Shown here: one piece after another, positions 60,773-64,000 of the stretch
Layout of the letters: each line of letters opens with the position of its first letter
Numbering within the stretch: position 1 is the first letter of the stretch
Source of the DNA: a virus
Reading direction: 5' to 3' (one strand)
IMG/VR virus record: IMGVR_UViG_3300043598_000012
Coordinates: 16,881-80,880 of that record
Length of the DNA: 64,000 bases
Made by a program: the position numbers and the translations under genes
The notes under the pieces: model-generated
What the model was told of the DNA's origin: nothing
Seen by the model: only the letters and a program-made list of their open reading frames with translations
Database searches by the model: none

Positions 60773-61186
60773 ATGACGACCAAGACCGCCGGTGGTCGGA
60801 TCAGCTCCCGGATCGCCCTGACGCTCGAAGCGCAGTCCGCGCTCGACGTGGGTGCCCCGGTCAGCATCACCGGCCCCTACGAGTGTGACACGGCAGACAG
60901 CGGCGACACGTTCGTCGGCATCGTCTCCGTCGCCAACGTGAAGCGAGGTGCGAACGGCGCCTACCCGACGGATGATGTCCCCGGTGAGGTCACCGTCGAG
61001 AGCATCTTCTCGTTCGTTGGCACCGTCGTCGCCGGGACGGGTGGGGTCACCGCTGGTGACCGCATCTTCCTGAGCGCAGCAGGAGCCTTCGGCAACGCCG
61101 CAGGCATCACCGAGGTGGGGGTTGCCGTCGGCATCGCCCTCACCACCGCCGCAGCCGCTGCCAAGTTCGATCTTGGCTTCTTCTAG
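60773..61186 (+). CDS. Capsid decoration (cement) protein
   Basis: Small Gly/Ala-rich protein (VTAGDRI...VGIALT) immediately before the MCP. Confidence 0.7.
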   Translation: MTTKTAGGRISSRIALTLEAQSALDVGAPVSITGPYECDTADSGDTFVGIVSVANVKRGANGAYPTDDVPGEVTVESIFSFVGTVVAGTGGVTAGDRIFLSAAGAFGNAAGITEVGVAVGIALTTAAAAAKFDLGFF

Positions 61187-61202
61187 AGAGGGAGGTAACG
61201 AC

Positions 61203-62330
61203 ATGGACATCCTCGACAAGCCCAAGAGCAAGTTCGTTGGTGTGAAGGTGGGCAGGGAGTTCACCATGCAGGCCTTCCACGCAGAGATGCAGGAGCGCCG
61301 CGAGAACGGTGAGGACCTGACCTTCAAGGCCTACCTGAAGGAGGTCTACGGCGACGAGTACACGCCGGAGTCCTTCTATCGGGACGCTGGCCTGGGGGAC
61401 CTGGGCGGCATCCAGGTCCAGAAGGTGCTCAACACCTCCGAGCTCAGCCGCTGGATGTTCCCGGAGATCCTCCGGGACGCCATCCGGCGAGGCCTGGAGT
61501 ACTCTCCCATCTACCCTCGTCTGATCACCGGTGACGAGCGGATCGACGGCACTGGCGTGACCATGCCGTCGATGGACTTCCGCCCGTTCCACGAGGAGGG
61601 CGAGTTCACTCTCCGAGACACCAACGAGGCTGCCTCGATCACCGAGAGCTACGTGGTGGTCTGGGCGGAGAAGCAGGTGTCGGTGAACAAGAAGGCTCGG
61701 GGGCTGCTTCAGTCCTACGAGTCGATCGCCTTCACCCCGCTGAACCTCGCCACGGTGTACTTCGAGGAGGTCGGGACCCGTCTTGGCGCAGACCTCGACA
61801 CCGACTTCATCGACGTGCTGATCAACGGTGATCAGGCGGGTGGTTCGGAGGCAGCTCCGGTCATCGGCGCCACGGTGGCCAACACGTTGGCCTACAAGGA
61901 CCTGGCTCGTGCCTGGCTGCGGTTCCGTCGCATCAACCGCACGAGCTCGGCCATGGTGGTCAACGAGACCGACGCCCTCGACATCATGCTCATGGAGGAG
62001 TTCCAGCGTACGCGCTACCCCAATGGGTCGCCCGACAACGCTGGCGGCACCGCCCTGACCTTCCAGACGCCGCTCCCCACGTCGCAGGATATCTTCGTGC
62101 ACCACTCGGTGCCCACCAAGAAGATCGTCTTCGTCGATCGGGCCAGGGCCGTCGTGAAGCTCACGGCCATGCCGCTCCTCATCGAGAGCGAGCGGATCGT
62201 CCGTCGCCAGCTGGAAGGGCAGTTCGCTTCCATCATGACGGGCTTTGCCAACGTCTTCAAGGACGGACGCATGGTGCTCGACTGGAGCACCACGATCGTG
62301 ACCAACCCTGGTCCGACCGTCTACACCTGA
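61203..62330 (+). CDS. Major capsid protein (HK97 fold)
   Basis: Position, about 375 aa, GGAGG RBS, strong codon bias. Confidence 0.85.
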   Translation: MDILDKPKSKFVGVKVGREFTMQAFHAEMQERRENGEDLTFKAYLKEVYGDEYTPESFYRDAGLGDLGGIQVQKVLNTSELSRWMFPEILRDAIRRGLEYSPIYPRLITGDERIDGTGVTMPSMDFRPFHEEGEFTLRDTNEAASITESYVVVWAEKQVSVNKKARGLLQSYESIAFTPLNLATVYFEEVGTRLGADLDTDFIDVLINGDQAGGSEAAPVIGATVANTLAYKDLARAWLRFRRINRTSSAMVVNETDALDIMLMEEFQRTRYPNGSPDNAGGTALTFQTPLPTSQDIFVHHSVPTKKIVFVDRARAVVKLTAMPLLIESERIVRRQLEGQFASIMTGFANVFKDGRMVLDWSTTIVTNPGPTVYT

Positions 62331-62347
62331 TCGGAGGCGTGTAGCTC

Positions 62348-62872
62348 ATGGCCAACAAGAAGGACCCGAGCTATGTCCGGCTCGCAGCTCACCGTGCACA
62401 GACGGTGCTGGCTGACGTGCGGGGCGGGACGGGCTGGAGCATCAGTGGAATCGATGTCAAGCCCTTCCCCACCAATCCCAACGAGGCGGACTTCGTCCGC
62501 AGTTACGTTCGTTCGGGTTCACTGGAGCCTTGTTCTCGTGCCGAGTACGAGGAGATCCAGGACCTCAACGACGAGGAGTTCGATTCGGAGCATGACCGTT
62601 CGGTCGCCGCTGCCGAGTTCGGTGAGGCTGTTGCAGCTAGTCGAGCAGCACCTGAGCCAGTCGAGCCTGCTCCCGTGAAGGAGTTGCCGAACTCCGGTTC
62701 ATCAGCAAGCGGGCTGCCTCCAGCGCCCCCTGCTGAGGAAGCTTCGGATGAGGGTGGTGACGAGATCGACTCCTTGGGCGTGAAGGAGCTCCGGACTCGT
62801 CTCAAGGCAGCCGACCAGCCGACGAGCGGCAACAAGAAGGAGCTCCAGGAGCGCCTTCGCTCTCTCGGCTAG
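62348..62872 (+). CDS. SAP-domain protein
   Basis: C-terminal LGVKELRTRLKAADQPTSGNKKELQERL. Confidence 0.75.
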   Translation: MANKKDPSYVRLAAHRAQTVLADVRGGTGWSISGIDVKPFPTNPNEADFVRSYVRSGSLEPCSRAEYEEIQDLNDEEFDSEHDRSVAAAEFGEAVAASRAAPEPVEPAPVKELPNSGSSASGLPPAPPAEEASDEGGDEIDSLGVKELRTRLKAADQPTSGNKKELQERLRSLG

Positions 62873-62895
62873 CAGAACCGTCGGACGGTGCGACA

Positions 62896-62931
62896 TGGTG
62901 GAGTCTCTGGTGCAAACTGGAGGCTCCACCA
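62896..62931 (+). terminator. Stem-loop after the capsid operon
   Basis: TGGTGGAGTCTCTGG/CTGGAGGCTCCACCA, 15-bp stem with 3 G-U pairs. Confidence 0.65.
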
Positions 62932-62955
62932 CTCGCGTGAGAGGGAGGTTGCCTG

Positions 62956-63357
62956 ATGGACAGCACTGAGGCCTTGGTGTCAGAGCTCCGCTTGCGCATC
63001 GGCGAGCGCATCCCTAGTCCTGGCGGAGAGGGTGACACTTTGTTCAGCAACTCAGAGCTGGAGAGCGTCATCGTGGCAAGCGAGACCATGCTTCAGGCCA
63101 CTGTGCTTGCTTGGCAGTTCAAGGCGGCAGAGCTCTCTCGGCTCGTGGATGTTGCTGAAGCGGACAGCTCTCGCAAGCTGTCCCAGCGGTTCAAGCATGC
63201 GCAGCAGATGGCCAGCGTGTGGGGTGCCAAGCTGCTGGTGGATGAAGGTGCTGCCCTTCGTGTCAGCGTGGTGGGACAGCCGATCTCCTACCTCCGGGAC
63301 AACACGATCACGGAGCCCGAATTGCTGATTGTCGAGGTGCCTCGTGGCGATTGGTGA
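62956..63357 (+). CDS. Head-to-tail adaptor
   Basis: LRLRIGE...FSNSEL...AW.FKA; position after the MCP. Confidence 0.7.
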   Translation: MDSTEALVSELRLRIGERIPSPGGEGDTLFSNSELESVIVASETMLQATVLAWQFKAAELSRLVDVAEADSSRKLSQRFKHAQQMASVWGAKLLVDEGAALRVSVVGQPISYLRDNTITEPELLIVEVPRGDW

Positions 63358-63727
63358 TCTGCGAGAGCAGCGTCAAGCCACCCGAGACCTGATCGACTCC
63401 CAGCCAGTCGACATCACGTTGTTGCGAGAGAACGAGATCCACATCTACGGAGGTGTGGGTAGGGGCGAGCCCATCCCCCAGATCCCTCGCAAGCGATACC
63501 TGACACCTCTGCGGCGCCTCACCGACATCCCGGACACCAACAAGTTCGGAGACCTGGGGTCCAAGTGGATGATCACGCACGTTCTCGTCGGTGACTATGA
63601 TGATGACATCGTGAGAGACGACGAGTTCGAGCTCGACGAAGTTCTGTACCGCATCGTAGACGTAGAGCGCAGAGGCGGCTACGAGACAAGAGCACTCTGC
63701 GCAACCCAACAGATCACTCACGACTGA
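63344..63727 (+). CDS. Head-to-tail stopper/closure protein
   Basis: DIVRDDEF...YRIVDV pattern; position. Confidence 0.6.
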   Translation: MAIGDLREQRQATRDLIDSQPVDITLLRENEIHIYGGVGRGEPIPQIPRKRYLTPLRRLTDIPDTNKFGDLGSKWMITHVLVGDYDDDIVRDDEFELDEVLYRIVDVERRGGYETRALCATQQITHD

Positions 63728-64000
63728 GGAGAGGCACATGCCTGACGAACAGACGCCCAAGCCGCCGAGGAAGACGGCAGATGAGCGCCCCTACGAGGAG
63801 GCCTTCGCAGGCACCAAGAAGGAGCTCAAGCAGATCCAGGAGGTTGCTGCTCCCGCCGAGTCCTCCGCCGAAGCCAAGGCTGCTGCCAAGCGGGCTTCTG
63901 AAACTCAGCAGTAGGGTTTAAGTTATGCCGACCGTCAGTCCGCCAAAGGTCTCCATGAGCCTGACGGTCACCTCCAACCATATCCAGCCGATGATGCGGA

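Overview
This window is about 64 kb of a large, high-GC tailed dsDNA phage. WhiB and Rpf genes and TANNNT leaderless promoters point to an actinobacterial host. Almost all genes are on the + strand. Layout: 0-26 kb holds replication and recombination genes (primase, truncated sigma factor, SSB, HU, DnaE, RecA, Cas4-like nuclease, RuvC-like resolvase, SNF2 helicase). These are interleaved with a dispersed thymidine-hypermodification pathway: dCTP deaminase, TS-family probable dUMP hydroxymethylase, dNMP kinase, P-loop 5hmU-DNA kinase, aGPT-Pplase2 amino-acid:DNA transferase and an FAD enzyme. 26-49 kb is an accessory/early region of small genes. 49.6-55.5 kb is a fibre/adhesin-like module. 55.7-64 kb holds terminase, portal, protease/scaffold, capsid and head-tail genes. 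The most unusual signals are non-coding. (1) Eight copies of a roughly 61-bp promoter element with rigid spacing, GGTAG-N21-GTGCG-like -35-N17-(-10)-N6-ATG. Seven copies drive leaderless mRNAs and one copy is longer by exactly one helical turn. (2) Four or five intergenic structured small RNAs, each with its own -10 box and most closed by long stems containing G-U pairs. (3) A roughly 750-bp repeat-rich non-coding region that is a candidate origin or packaging site. All protein calls come from motifs recognised by eye. No database search or folding program was run.
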